This document shows positions 48,947 to 58,981 of a stretch of 64,000 bases of DNA, in pieces. The stretch's first letter is position 1, and each line of letters opens with the position of its first letter. Made by a program: the position numbers and the translations under genes. Source of the DNA: Pelagomonas calceolata (lineage: Eukaryota); NCBI GenBank assembly GCA_918797485.1, contig CAKKNE010000002.1:4588001-4652000 (forward strand), written 5' to 3'. A model generated the notes under the pieces. It searched no databases, was not told where the DNA came from, and worked only from the letters and a program-made list of their open reading frames with translations.

Positions 48947-51900
48947 ATGGCCGCCGTCCTAGCCAGGGCGCCGCCGCGGCCGGCCCGCGGCGCGGCCAAG
49001 GGCACGTCCGTCGAGCTCGAGCAGGGCATGCTCGACGAATTGTTACTGGTGTGCACTTTCGTAGGGACGAGGAAAGTCAATGATGATGAGTCCGACGTCG
49101 AGTCCTTCGTGCGGGGCGAGGACTGCGTCGCGTGGCTCCAGGACTTGCAACGGGCTCTCAGAAGAGACGACGGCGACGCGCGGGCCGTAAGGACCACTGT
49201 AGGCGCCTGGGACGTTTTGCGGTCCAAACTCTTACCTCTCGCCGAGCAGTCCGGTAACGATCTGGTCGCCACGCGCACCCTGTGCAAAATTTTTGTGCTG
49301 CTCACGATGCCTCTGTCCGAGAAGTGCCATCAAGCATTGGCCGCGCGGCCGGACCCCGTCAAGGACAAGATGAGGAATGGTGAGGCGTTGAAGAAGCGAC
49401 AGTTGTTGCGGGAGGCCGCGGAACGGCAGGCGCGCCAGCTGATCGAGGCTCGCATGGCCTTTGCCGAAAGACCGAAAGTATTGAGAGGGTTGTTGCGCAT
49501 GTTCGAAGGGGCGCGCAAGCCGAGAGAACGTAGATCGTCGAACGATGATGCCGATGTGGAGCTAGCTCTCACACTCCTGCGAAATCTCGTCGCACCGCTA
49601 CCCCATACGTCGGACCGGAACGAGCGCGACGCGGGTTCGTCATTGGACGCGCTCGTCAAGGCTTTGTCTGATGAGTTGGTGCTCGACACCGTCGCTGATC
49701 TTTGTAGTGCCTCATCGAAGCGAGAAAACCGGCACTGGGGCCTCGTACTTGTGGAGGTGTTAGCTCCTTTGTTAGCGCAGCACAAGCCGGCGGACATCGC
49801 CCAAACCGAAGTCCTCAGTCAGAAGAAGTCGGAACGCGCTTCTACTAGAAAAGATGTGGATGACAGATTAGAACGAGCCCTGCTGTCGAGGGACGAAGCT
49901 GCGGTAGAAAAGGACCTCCAGAAGCGGAAGGCCCTGGACGACGCGTCGAAGCGGCCGGTCGGCGGCGGGGCCCTGTCGCGGGCGCGGGACCGGGAGAAGG
50001 CGGCTCGCACATTAGCTTTTGCTTCGAGGCACCATAGGTTCGGGACGTGTCTTCGCGTGACGCCGGCCGGTTCGGAAGATTCGAAGCTAGTGGCCGGTAC
50101 TAGAGCATTATTGTCCAGAGAAACGGTGAAAGGTGACGGCGATCTGACGTTACACTCCAAAACAGCGGCACAGCGACGGAGGCCGGTGTTCGTCGCGCCG
50201 CACAAGGTCGGGGCCGTGCGGAAGGCCGGCCGGCGGAAGAAGCGAGATGAGGAGGAAGATGATGAACCTCATAGGGATGAGCTGTCCGATGACGACCATG
50301 ATGAGGACTGGGGCCAGGGCCGCCAGCAGGACGAGGTGCTGCGGGTCACGACGGTGACTCGAAGGGGTGTTGCTGCCGATGATGCGCGTGAGGCCGTATC
50401 TACTCTAGTATTGCGGCTGGCGAGACATGGCGCTGGAAGGCTACTAGATAGAGTGAAGCACGAACTCCGAACGGACTCGGCAGCGGTCCAGAAACGCGAC
50501 GCGCATTATTTTTTCTGTTTGGCCGAGTGGTTATTAGCTTGGAGGAGGGAAAGGGCCGCCGTACTTAGTCGTAGGTTGAGCCGTGCTGCGAGAGAAGGGT
50601 CGTCGAGCGAGGACTTCAGTGAAAGCGTCTTCTTCCCGCGATCGCTACTCAAACTCGTAGATGTCTTCACGGTGAAGTCTTGTCTGGACGATTTGTCCAG
50701 AGCCAAAGACCGGAAGCAACGACTGGAGGTCGAGCGGTCCGCATCGCTCTACCGAGAGATTTTGAGGGCGCTAGAGGCTTTACAACACGGCGACCGCGAC
50801 TCGAGGAAGGACCGTTCTAGATTAGCAAAGAAAGAAGTGCCTCCCGACGAGACATGTTCGGCAGTCGCCTCGGGCATGCTCGACAAAGTATTTTTCGCCC
50901 CAGAAGCGGCGGACCCCCTGCCTACGCTATTGCGCGATTGGAAAGGCGGACAGCACACGAAGCGCTACGCTTGTGACCTCGTGGAGATCCTGCACGCTAC
51001 GACGAAGATCATGGATTCACACAAGCATGGCAACTCCCAGGAGTATTTGAGAAAGATCCTCAAGCCCGTCCAAACGCTAGATATATATGGCGCTTTACTG
51101 GAGGCTTTTAGTTCGAACGCGCCGGCGATCAACCACTTCGTCTACGCGTTTCTGCGGCGGGTCGCGCAGTGTCCTTTGGAGGGCATGACCGACAAACCTT
51201 CGTCAGAAAAGATTACTACATTAGAACCGCTGCTGTACCGAGCCACGTTTTTCGTGGCCTTCGCGTCGCTTCTCGAGGACAAGACGCCGGACGCGACTAT
51301 TGACCGATTAAGGGATCTGGCTTCGTCAGTACTAAGGCACTTCGACGCCCACGCGCAGCGGACGCCTCTACTGTATGTCGAGGCGCTGTTTGGACACGCG
51401 GGAGCGCCCGTCGACCAGTACTGCCGGTCTCTCTCGTATGACGACGGGGTGGAGGCCTTCGGTGGTGTTGCTTCATCCAGAATCGACAGTGGACCGGTCT
51501 GGCAGGGGTCCGACGAGGAGGAAGCGGTCGACGACGACGTCTTCGCGCGCCTCGCGGAAGAAGATGCCAGAGCCGCGGAGCGGTTGAAACAAGCTAAACT
51601 GAATAAGCCGCCCGTTGACAGAAGAAGGTGGCAGCCCGCGGAAGACGCGGCGTTGTGCTTGGTCTATGCGAAAGTGACGGAAAACGACGGCGACTTCGAC
51701 CCCGTTCAGGCTTCCAAGCTGAGTGTTCTATTGCCCCACCATAGAGATGCGAAGAAGCTGCGGGCGCGCGTCAATAAATTAGTAGATGATGCCGTCAAGG
51801 CGTTTCCTGTACCTAGCGAGATGGACGAAGCCTCCGGATGGGTCCGCGCGTTGCGCTTGTACGCGGAGCAGCTAGGGACCAAGAAAGTGTCAAAGAAGAA

Positions 51901-52291
51901 GAGGGCTGATAGTGATGATGAGGACTCTGTTGATGATGAGCCCATTGTGTATGATGATAGGGAGATGGAAGTTGATACTTCACTCGGACGGACGCGCCTC
52001 GAGACGCAGACTGAGAGAAGGGCGTCCGAGCCCGCGGCTGCTCCTTGGGACGACGACGAGGAGGTCGACGACCGCTGGTCTGATAGGAGAACGTTCAAGG
52101 GGCGCGCGGAGGCGCCTGCTCCGGAGCCGGCCCCGGGCCGGCTCAAGCGTATGTCTGAGGCCGCTCAAGAGTCGGAGGAGGAGTTCGACTTCGAGGCGCC
52201 GGCGTCGCCGGCCGCCGTGGCGGCGCCCACCCCAAAAACGGCGCCGAAGCGGCGCCGCGTCGTTGTCGAGGACGAGGACGAGGAGGACTAG
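48947..52291 (+). CDS. TIMELESS: Timeless / Tof1 / Swi1 replication fork protection protein
   Basis: GEDCVAWLQDLQRALRRDD, VGAWDVLRSKLLPL, VLLTMP, LTLLRNL, SRHHRFG and LEPLLYR. Confidence 0.8.
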   Translation: MAAVLARAPPRPARGAAKGTSVELEQGMLDELLLVCTFVGTRKVNDDESDVESFVRGEDCVAWLQDLQRALRRDDGDARAVRTTVGAWDVLRSKLLPLAEQSGNDLVATRTLCKIFVLLTMPLSEKCHQALAARPDPVKDKMRNGEALKKRQLLREAAERQARQLIEARMAFAERPKVLRGLLRMFEGARKPRERRSSNDDADVELALTLLRNLVAPLPHTSDRNERDAGSSLDALVKALSDELVLDTVADLCSASSKRENRHWGLVLVEVLAPLLAQHKPADIAQTEVLSQKKSERASTRKDVDDRLERALLSRDEAAVEKDLQKRKALDDASKRPVGGGALSRARDREKAARTLAFASRHHRFGTCLRVTPAGSEDSKLVAGTRALLSRETVKGDGDLTLHSKTAAQRRRPVFVAPHKVGAVRKAGRRKKRDEEEDDEPHRDELSDDDHDEDWGQGRQQDEVLRVTTVTRRGVAADDAREAVSTLVLRLARHGAGRLLDRVKHELRTDSAAVQKRDAHYFFCLAEWLLAWRRERAAVLSRRLSRAAREGSSSEDFSESVFFPRSLLKLVDVFTVKSCLDDLSRAKDRKQRLEVERSASLYREILRALEALQHGDRDSRKDRSRLAKKEVPPDETCSAVASGMLDKVFFAPEAADPLPTLLRDWKGGQHTKRYACDLVEILHATTKIMDSHKHGNSQEYLRKILKPVQTLDIYGALLEAFSSNAPAINHFVYAFLRRVAQCPLEGMTDKPSSEKITTLEPLLYRATFFVAFASLLEDKTPDATIDRLRDLASSVLRHFDAHAQRTPLLYVEALFGHAGAPVDQYCRSLSYDDGVEAFGGVASSRIDSGPVWQGSDEEEAVDDDVFARLAEEDARAAERLKQAKLNKPPVDRRRWQPAEDAALCLVYAKVTENDGDFDPVQASKLSVLLPHHRDAKKLRARVNKLVDDAVKAFPVPSEMDEASGWVRALRLYAEQLGTKKVSKKKRADSDDEDSVDDEPIVYDDREMEVDTSLGRTRLETQTERRASEPAAAPWDDDEEVDDRWSDRRTFKGRAEAPAPEPAPGRLKRMSEAAQESEEEFDFEAPASPAAVAAPTPKTAPKRRRVVVEDEDEED

Positions 52292-52315
52292 GCCCCTTCC
52301 CCACCTAAAGCTATA

Positions 52316-53396
52316 TTATTCACATGCCGTGCGCGCGACCACGAACACGACGGGCTGCGCCCGCGGACGCCCTCCCCGGACCGGGTCGAGAACGAGCCCG
52401 ATGCACGGGTGCCGCCGCAGGAAGCGATACAACGCGCGCATCTCCTGGTCCGGGCGCACGCACTTCATGTCGTCTCCGCACCTGCCCCGCTGGAACTCGA
52501 CGAGCTCGTGGCTGTGCGGAAATCCAATGTCACGCGACGCCTGCTCGATGGCGAATATTCCACACAGCTGCATACAAGTGGAGGCGCGTGCCGACGACGA
52601 AGCGCTCGTGGAGCCGTTCGAGCACGTCGAGGGCGCCCTCGTAGAGGTCGTTGTCGATGTTCAGGAACGTGACGTCTCCAGCGTTCGCCTCCAGAAATGG
52701 CCCGAGCGTCTCGTTGAACAAGCCAGTGACGAGCTCGACGCCCGCGCGTACCGGCGGCGTCGGCGTGCCGTGGTCCTCGCGCCAGCTGAACGCGCCCTGC
52801 TTCCACTTGGGGCGGGCCTGGCGCTTCGACGTCTTCCATTCGGTAGGAATGCCCTCGAACGTGTCAAAACCAACGACGCGCGGCAGCGCCCCGGGGAAGC
52901 CGCGGGCCTCGAACGTGTCCCGGAGTGCGGCGGTCGCATTTATAGATGTGCCCCGATACACGCCGAACTCGAGCCACAGCGCCGGCCGCGCGTGCGCCCT
53001 CGCAAATGTAGGATCCTGCGTCGCGCGCCACAGCGCCACCGTCAGCGTCTCGTACGCCTGGAGCGCGCTGCGGTATTGTCGAGCGTCGCGGTCGGGCCAG
53101 CCCACGCGTTTCAGAGCAGCGCGCGCGGCCTCAGCGTCCGCGACGGCGGGCCGCCGCGCGACGACGTAGCGCGCGAGGGCCGCGGTCAGTGGGCCGACGC
53201 CGCCGCCTGACACCGGTATGGCGCGCGCGCCGTGGCCCGGGCAGTGACCGATGCATGGCCAGCTCGCGTAGTTATACTTGTTGTTGTGCGCCGCGAGCCG
53301 CTCGGCCGCGTTGCGCCGCGCGCGCGCCAGGGCGGTCTCGCCGGTCTCGTCCGCGACCGCGGCCGCGCAAGCGGCGAGCAAAAGAGTCGCGCGCAT
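52316..53396 (-). CDS. Class I SAM-dependent methyltransferase (TylF/MycF/NovP-like) with a signal peptide; exons 53396-52576 and 52511-52316, about 338 aa
   Basis: WLEFGVYRGTSIN, GFDTFEGIP, LVTGLFNETL and FLNIDNDLYEGA. The spliced junction gives GTRLHF|HEL...QEMRALYRF. Confidence 0.8.
52512..52575 (-). mobile_element. Introner-type intron, 64 nt, GT-AG, phase 2
   Basis: gtatgcag-ctgtgtggaa...cgccatcgagcag...atttccgcacag|ccacgagc. Near-perfect TIRs but no recognisable TSD. Confidence 0.85.
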
Positions 53397-54567
53397 ATTT
53401 ACGGATCCGGCAGGAGCCCCGCGAGCCACGCAGCTGCGAATATTAATGCCACGAATAGGAGTACGTGTTGCCCGGTGACCTCAAATTGCGGTCCATCGCC
53501 AGAGTGGCCTCTGTGGTGTCGCTTGCGGAGAGGCTTTTTGTATTTTGGCTCTGCACTTTTATTCCCTCTTATTAATGCCATCGTTAATCTATACCGGAAC
53601 TATGGCAGCAAAAAACAGATACAAATGCGGGAATACGCTAGCTCGACATCGTCGATACGGCGCAAATTGCCTGGAAAACCCGTTTTTATGGAATTGATAT
53701 AGGTATCTCTGGCTTTTTTTTCGCGGTTTTGAGCCAACGCGGGAGGCGTTCGGGCCCCGTGGGTGCGCACACACGCGTCGGCGTACTGCGCAGAAACGTG
53801 CCACACGGGGCACCGCCACGACACAAGCGCGAGACTACAAACAAACAAAACCCACGCCCCACAAGCGTCGAGCAGCAGCCCAGGGGCGCGCGCACAGCCT
53901 ACGGTGAGGGGCGCGGCCTCTGGAGGACACTAGTGCCGCGCGCGTGGGGCACATGTACGGAAAGGTCTCGCACTCGCCGTCACTTTTCCGGGGACGGCTG
54001 TGTGCAACGCGAGGCGCGCGGGGACAGCTTTGCACGGTTTTTTTGTCGCGGCACCCAAGCTGGCTTTGTAATTGGCAACACCCCAGGTATAAGGCGAAAA
54101 CCACCTTAAGGAGTCCAAACAGACGCTTGACAGGCGCTCGAGCAGCGTCTGTAACACGGTGGAGCCGTCCCCGTAGCTTTCTAGGAGCGTCTGAGACGCC
54201 TACAAGCCAGGAGCGGCCTGAAACAGGCGGACACAGCTGTGCTCGGGTTGTGCTGCCAAAGGGCGCCGCATTTGGCCGCCGCGCGCCCAAGATACGCACT
54301 CGGGACCGGTTCCAGTGCCAAGGGCTTTCAAGAACACATACTTTGCTAAGGTTCGGAGCAGCGCTGCGATCGCTGCGGCAGTATATTCACCGCCTGAGCG
54401 ATTTGACAGGAAAGACACCCAAGCGCGGGATATACCAAAAAACGATAGCGCAGACCCGCAGATCCGCCGCAAAAGTCGCACGGCTCACCGAACAAGCTGC
54501 TGCGCGAATCTCCCGCGCATTTGAGCCCAGCGCGGCCGCGTCGGAAATCCGCGCCGTTCGAACGATT

Positions 54568-57500
54568 ATGGCGTCCGACGACGAGGCCGCGCCGGCCGCC
54601 TTCGACGACGAGGACGCCACACGGCTGGCCAAGAAAATGAAGGTCGATGAACTCCGCGCCGCCCTCGAGGCGGCGGGCGCGGACACCGAGGGTACGAAGC
54701 CGGCGCTCGTCGAGCGATTGGTCGCCGCGCAGCGCGCCGCGGCCTCGCCACAACCGATGGAGGAGGACAGCGACGCTGACGCGCCGATGGAGGCCCGCAA
54801 CGGCCACGACAGCGGCGACGAGGCCGAGGAGGACGAGGCCGAGCCGGCGGCGTTCGACGAGGAGGAAGCCACGCGGCGGGCCAAGAAAATGAAGGTCGAG
54901 GAGCTCCGCGCGGCGCTCGAGGCCGCGGGCGAGGACACGGAGGGTACGAAGCCCGTGCTCGTCGAGCGCGCGGTCGCCGCGGCGCGCGCCGCGGCCGAGG
55001 AGGAGAACTCCGGCGAGTACGGCGAAGAAGGCTACGACAGCGACGAGGGCTACCCCGTCGAGGAGGGCGACGATATCGACGTCGGCGCCAGGCTGCTCGG
55101 CAAATTCAGTGGAGACGGCCGGTACTACGATTGTGTGGTAGAAGAGGTGACGGAGACGGGCTACCAGGTCTTGTTCACGGAGTACGGCGACAGCGAAGAA
55201 TTATCAAGGGAGCGCCTGCGCTACTACGCCGCCGAGGACGACTCTTGCGCCGGCGACGAGGAGGGCTACTTCGTCGAGGAAGTTGTTGAAGGCGCCGAGC
55301 TGCTCGGCCGGAAGTCTGATGATGGCCAGTACCACAACGTTATGGTCGAAGAGGTGACGGAGGCGGGCTGCAAGGTTTTATTCACAGAATTCGGCGACGA
55401 CGAGGAGAACCGCGCGGAACTCCCTCTGGAAAATCTGCGCTACCCTTACGCCGCCGAGGAGGAGGAAGAGGAGGGCTACGACGCGGAGGACGGCTACTAC
55501 GACGATAGTAACGACGAGGCCATCGCCGTGGGCGCGGAGCTGAGCGGCAAGTTCAGCGGAGACGGCCTCTACTACGACGTGGTCGTCGAGGAGGTTACTG
55601 AGAATGGCTACCAGGTCCTGTTCCCGGGGGGCCCGATCCGCGAGGTTGTTCCAAGGGAGCAACTGCGGCCGCGTCCTACTGAAAACGACGAGTTCCGCTA
55701 TTATGACGAGGAGGGGGGTTATTATGATGAACAAGGTCATTACTACGACGCCGAGGGGAACCAGTACGTCGTAACCGAGGAGGACGGAGCCGAGGAGGAC
55801 GACGGCGACGAGGTGGGCTATTTTATCCAGGAGGGTCAAGAGATCGCGGTCGGCAATGTGCTGCTCGGCAAGAAGTCTGATGATGGCCAATACCACAATG
55901 TTATTGTAGAAGAGGTGACGGAGTCGGGCTACAAGGTCCTGTTTACGGAGCACGAGGGCGAAGACGGCGACCGCGAGGAACTGCCGCGCGAGCACCTGCG
56001 CTACTACTACGAGGAGGACTACGCCGACGACGAGCCGGGCTACCCCGTTGAGGAGGGCCACGACATCGCGGTCGGAAATAACCTGCTCGGCAGAAGTGAC
56101 GGCCGGTACTACGACGTTATTGTCGAAGAGGTGACCGAGACGGGCTACAAGGTTTTATTCACGGCAACCGGCGACCGAGAGGAACTCCCACGGGAGCGCC
56201 TGCGCTTCTACGACGGCGACGAGGAGGGCTACTTCGTCGAGGAGGGTGCGGCCATCGCGGTCGGCGCCGAGCTGCTCGGCCGGAAGTCTGATGATGGCCA
56301 GTACTGCAATTGTGTGGTAGAAGAGGTGACGGAGACGGGCTGCAAGGTCTTGTTCACGGCGTACGACGATGGCGAGGGGAACCGCGCGGAACTCCCGCGG
56401 GAGCACCTGCGCATAGCTTACCCCTACGAGGAGGGCGACGACGACGACGACGAGGAGGAGGAGGGCGACGAGGAGGGTTACTTCGTCGCGGAGGAGGGCA
56501 TACCGGTCGGAGCCGAGCTGCTCGGCAGAAAAAGTGACGACGGCCAGTACTACGACGTCGTCATCGAAGAGGTGACGGAGACCGGCTACAGGGTGCTCTT
56601 TACGGCGTACGAGGGTGAAGACGGCGACCGCGAGGAACTCCCGATCGAGCACCTGCGCTACTATTATCCTGATGAGGAGGGCGACGGCGACGACGACGAC
56701 GAGGAGGGCGACGGCGACGAGGAGGGCTTGTTCGTCGAGGAGGACTGCGACGACATCGCGGTCGGCGCCGAGCTGCTCGGCAGATGGAGTGAGGACGGCG
56801 AGTACTACGACGTCGTCGTCGAAGAGGTGACGGAGACCGGCTACAGGGTACTCTTCACCGCGTACGAGGGTGAAGACGGCGACCGCGAGGAACTCCCGAT
56901 CGAGCACTTGCGCTATTATTACCCCGACGAGGAGGGCGACGACGACGAGGGCGAGGAGGAGGGCGCCGACGAGGACGCGGCGCCGAGCGAGGACGGCCTG
57001 GCCGTCGGCGACGACGAGGGGCCCACGTTCCGCGTCGGCGACGCCGTCGTCGACGGCAAGACGGGCGAGGTCGGCGAGGTCGTCGGCAAGGTGCCGGGCT
57101 GGTGGAAGATCCGGATCCCGAGCTCCGCCCAGGTCCAGTCGCGGCGGGAGAAGGACCTCACGGCCGCGGGCGAGGGCGACGAGGGCTCTGACGATATCAA
57201 CGTCGGCGCCGAGTTGTTGGGGAGATGGAGCGAAGACGGCGAGTACTACGACTGCGTCGTCGAAGAGGTGACGGAGACTGGATATCTAGTTTTGTTCACG
57301 GAGTACGGCGACCGCGAGGAACTCCAGATTGATGATTTGCGGTGGTATGACGACGAGGACGAGGAGGAGGATGGCTACGGTACTGATGATTGCTACTCCA
57401 TCGAGTCGAGTGACGACATAGACGTAGGCGCCGAGCTGCTCGGTAAGTACAGTGACGGCCTCTACTACGATTGTGTGGTCGAAGAGGTGACGGAGAATGG

Positions 57501-58974
57501 ATACATTGTGCTCTTTACCGAGTATGATGAAAGAGAAGAATTAGCAAGGGAGGACCTGCGCTGGTATGAAGACGAAGACGAGGAGGAGTATGAGGACGAG
57601 GTAGCATCGTACGAGGAAGAAAAGCCCCCCGAGCGCGGCTCGCGGCCCGGCGAGGTCGTCCAGGAAGCTCCAGAGCCGAAGGAGGCGGGCGACGGCGACG
57701 GGGAAGAGCCAGAACATAAAGAGGCGAAGTGGGGGGGACCCTTGACCGAGGGCGGCCACGACGATCCTCGCGCCGATACCACACCTAGAGATGATTATGG
57801 GCGACGGCTGAAAGGTTCGAGGCTGCTGGAGTACATGGACCAGGGGCCGCTTGGGGCCGATGCGGTCTACTATAGGTATAGGCGGGGTCCTCCTGACGAG
57901 GACGTCGAGGAACTGGAAGGTGATGCGGTGAATGAGGCTCTACGAATACCGGCCTGGCCGCCGGCTCCACTACTACCACTGTCAAATGAGGAGTATAACC
58001 AGCGGCCCGAACAACCGTCATCAGAATACGAGAATTGTGCTGGCGACTTTGCGGAGGGTGATGAGGATAGGACCGTGGAGTTGTGGGACCCTTCTGATGA
58101 TAAGAAGCGCAAGAGTCGTGTGGAGAGGGAATTACCCAGTATTATGCCAAATGAGGAGGGTCCTCGGGGCTCGAGGAAAGACGACGACGCCGTCTATGCA
58201 GCCGACCGGGTAGAAAAGGAAGCGACTCAGGATCCGAAGGTGCTTGCGTTGAGACGGTTGCGGGTCGGCCAACGCGTCGATTACCGGGACCCCGTCGGCG
58301 GGTGGGGCCATTCTGGAGGCGTCATCGTTGGGGAAGTCGGTCGTACTACGTGGGACGTGGAACTCGATCGCGGCGGCATCCTGCGAGATGTCGATGAGCG
58401 AGACCTCAAGAAACTCAACAAGAAGCAACAGGGTATCTTGGAGAACGCGTGGGATCGGGGACCGACGGATATGTGCGCATCGACGGCGTTTTTGCTGGGG
58501 CAGCACGATCATAATAGAGCATCAGTACCAGTACCTGAGCGGTTGCGGTGCTTTGCGTGCGAGGGGTGTCTGGCGACGCCGTGCGGGGAATGCGCGCCTT
58601 GTAAAGACGATCGCGCGAACGGCGGTCCGGGAAAACTTCGACGAGTGTGTGTCCGGTGTCGGTGCAAGGAAGCCAGCGAGGTCGCGGCGTCGGCGCTGGC
58701 GCGTGCCGGGAGGTATCGGCAGGCGCCGCAAGCCCCGCAGATCCTCGAGCAGCTCGAGGACTACCTGCAAAACTGCGGCGGTGCCGCGGGTAGTGCCGAT
58801 GGGTGGACCATTGATGTGGTCGAACGCAAGGGCGGCGAGACGGCAGGCGGCCACGACGTCTACTACTTCCCGCCCGACGGCGGCAAGCGGTGCCGGAGTC
58901 GCGCTGAAGTGGCTCGTGCCTTGGGGCTGCAGCCGGCGAAAGGGAAAAAATATTCTAGCAAATCTAAGAAATAG
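54568..58974 (+). CDS. Multidomain chromatin protein: 2x SAP, 10x SMN-type Tudor repeats in acidic linkers, 2 divergent SH3/Tudor-like folds, a CXXC zinc finger and a C-terminal MBD
   Basis: SAP KKMKVDELRAALEAAGADTEGTKPALVERL (x2). Tudor VGAELLGRWSEDGEYYDCVVEEVTETGYLVLFTEYGDREEL. CXXC RCFACEGCLATPCGECAPCKDDRANGGPGKLRRVCVRCRC. MBD DGWTIDVVERKGGETAGGHDVYYFPPDGGKRCRSRAEVARAL. Confidence 0.85.
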   Translation: MASDDEAAPAAFDDEDATRLAKKMKVDELRAALEAAGADTEGTKPALVERLVAAQRAAASPQPMEEDSDADAPMEARNGHDSGDEAEEDEAEPAAFDEEEATRRAKKMKVEELRAALEAAGEDTEGTKPVLVERAVAAARAAAEEENSGEYGEEGYDSDEGYPVEEGDDIDVGARLLGKFSGDGRYYDCVVEEVTETGYQVLFTEYGDSEELSRERLRYYAAEDDSCAGDEEGYFVEEVVEGAELLGRKSDDGQYHNVMVEEVTEAGCKVLFTEFGDDEENRAELPLENLRYPYAAEEEEEEGYDAEDGYYDDSNDEAIAVGAELSGKFSGDGLYYDVVVEEVTENGYQVLFPGGPIREVVPREQLRPRPTENDEFRYYDEEGGYYDEQGHYYDAEGNQYVVTEEDGAEEDDGDEVGYFIQEGQEIAVGNVLLGKKSDDGQYHNVIVEEVTESGYKVLFTEHEGEDGDREELPREHLRYYYEEDYADDEPGYPVEEGHDIAVGNNLLGRSDGRYYDVIVEEVTETGYKVLFTATGDREELPRERLRFYDGDEEGYFVEEGAAIAVGAELLGRKSDDGQYCNCVVEEVTETGCKVLFTAYDDGEGNRAELPREHLRIAYPYEEGDDDDDEEEEGDEEGYFVAEEGIPVGAELLGRKSDDGQYYDVVIEEVTETGYRVLFTAYEGEDGDREELPIEHLRYYYPDEEGDGDDDDEEGDGDEEGLFVEEDCDDIAVGAELLGRWSEDGEYYDVVVEEVTETGYRVLFTAYEGEDGDREELPIEHLRYYYPDEEGDDDEGEEEGADEDAAPSEDGLAVGDDEGPTFRVGDAVVDGKTGEVGEVVGKVPGWWKIRIPSSAQVQSRREKDLTAAGEGDEGSDDINVGAELLGRWSEDGEYYDCVVEEVTETGYLVLFTEYGDREELQIDDLRWYDDEDEEEDGYGTDDCYSIESSDDIDVGAELLGKYSDGLYYDCVVEEVTENGYIVLFTEYDEREELAREDLRWYEDEDEEEYEDEVASYEEEKPPERGSRPGEVVQEAPEPKEAGDGDGEEPEHKEAKWGGPLTEGGHDDPRADTTPRDDYGRRLKGSRLLEYMDQGPLGADAVYYRYRRGPPDEDVEELEGDAVNEALRIPAWPPAPLLPLSNEEYNQRPEQPSSEYENCAGDFAEGDEDRTVELWDPSDDKKRKSRVERELPSIMPNEEGPRGSRKDDDAVYAADRVEKEATQDPKVLALRRLRVGQRVDYRDPVGGWGHSGGVIVGEVGRTTWDVELDRGGILRDVDERDLKKLNKKQQGILENAWDRGPTDMCASTAFLLGQHDHNRASVPVPERLRCFACEGCLATPCGECAPCKDDRANGGPGKLRRVCVRCRCKEASEVAASALARAGRYRQAPQAPQILEQLEDYLQNCGGAAGSADGWTIDVVERKGGETAGGHDVYYFPPDGGKRCRSRAEVARALGLQPAKGKKYSSKSKK
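55075..57562 (+). repeat. Intragenic tandem array of 10 Tudor-coding repeats
   Basis: Recurring DNA ctgctcggc...gacggc...tactacga...gaagaggtgacggag...ttcacgg. Units 7 and 8 (about 56506-56660 and 56761-56910) are nearly identical. Confidence 0.85.
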
Positions 58975-58981
58975 CACATTA

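Noticed and set aside
53944..54567. N-terminal 208-aa extension of the 1676-aa ORF, and similar extensions of ORFs at 2975, 7616, 23119, 25841 and 28414
   Set aside because: These begin at non-ATG or poorly placed starts, have non-coding-like composition and run through promoter regions. Downstream ATGs fit the domain boundaries better.
55075..57562. Regularly spaced repeats with variable spacers, superficially CRISPR-like
   Set aside because: The repeats are about 140 nt, degenerate at synonymous positions and in frame within one ORF encoding Tudor domains. The context is eukaryotic and there are no cas genes.
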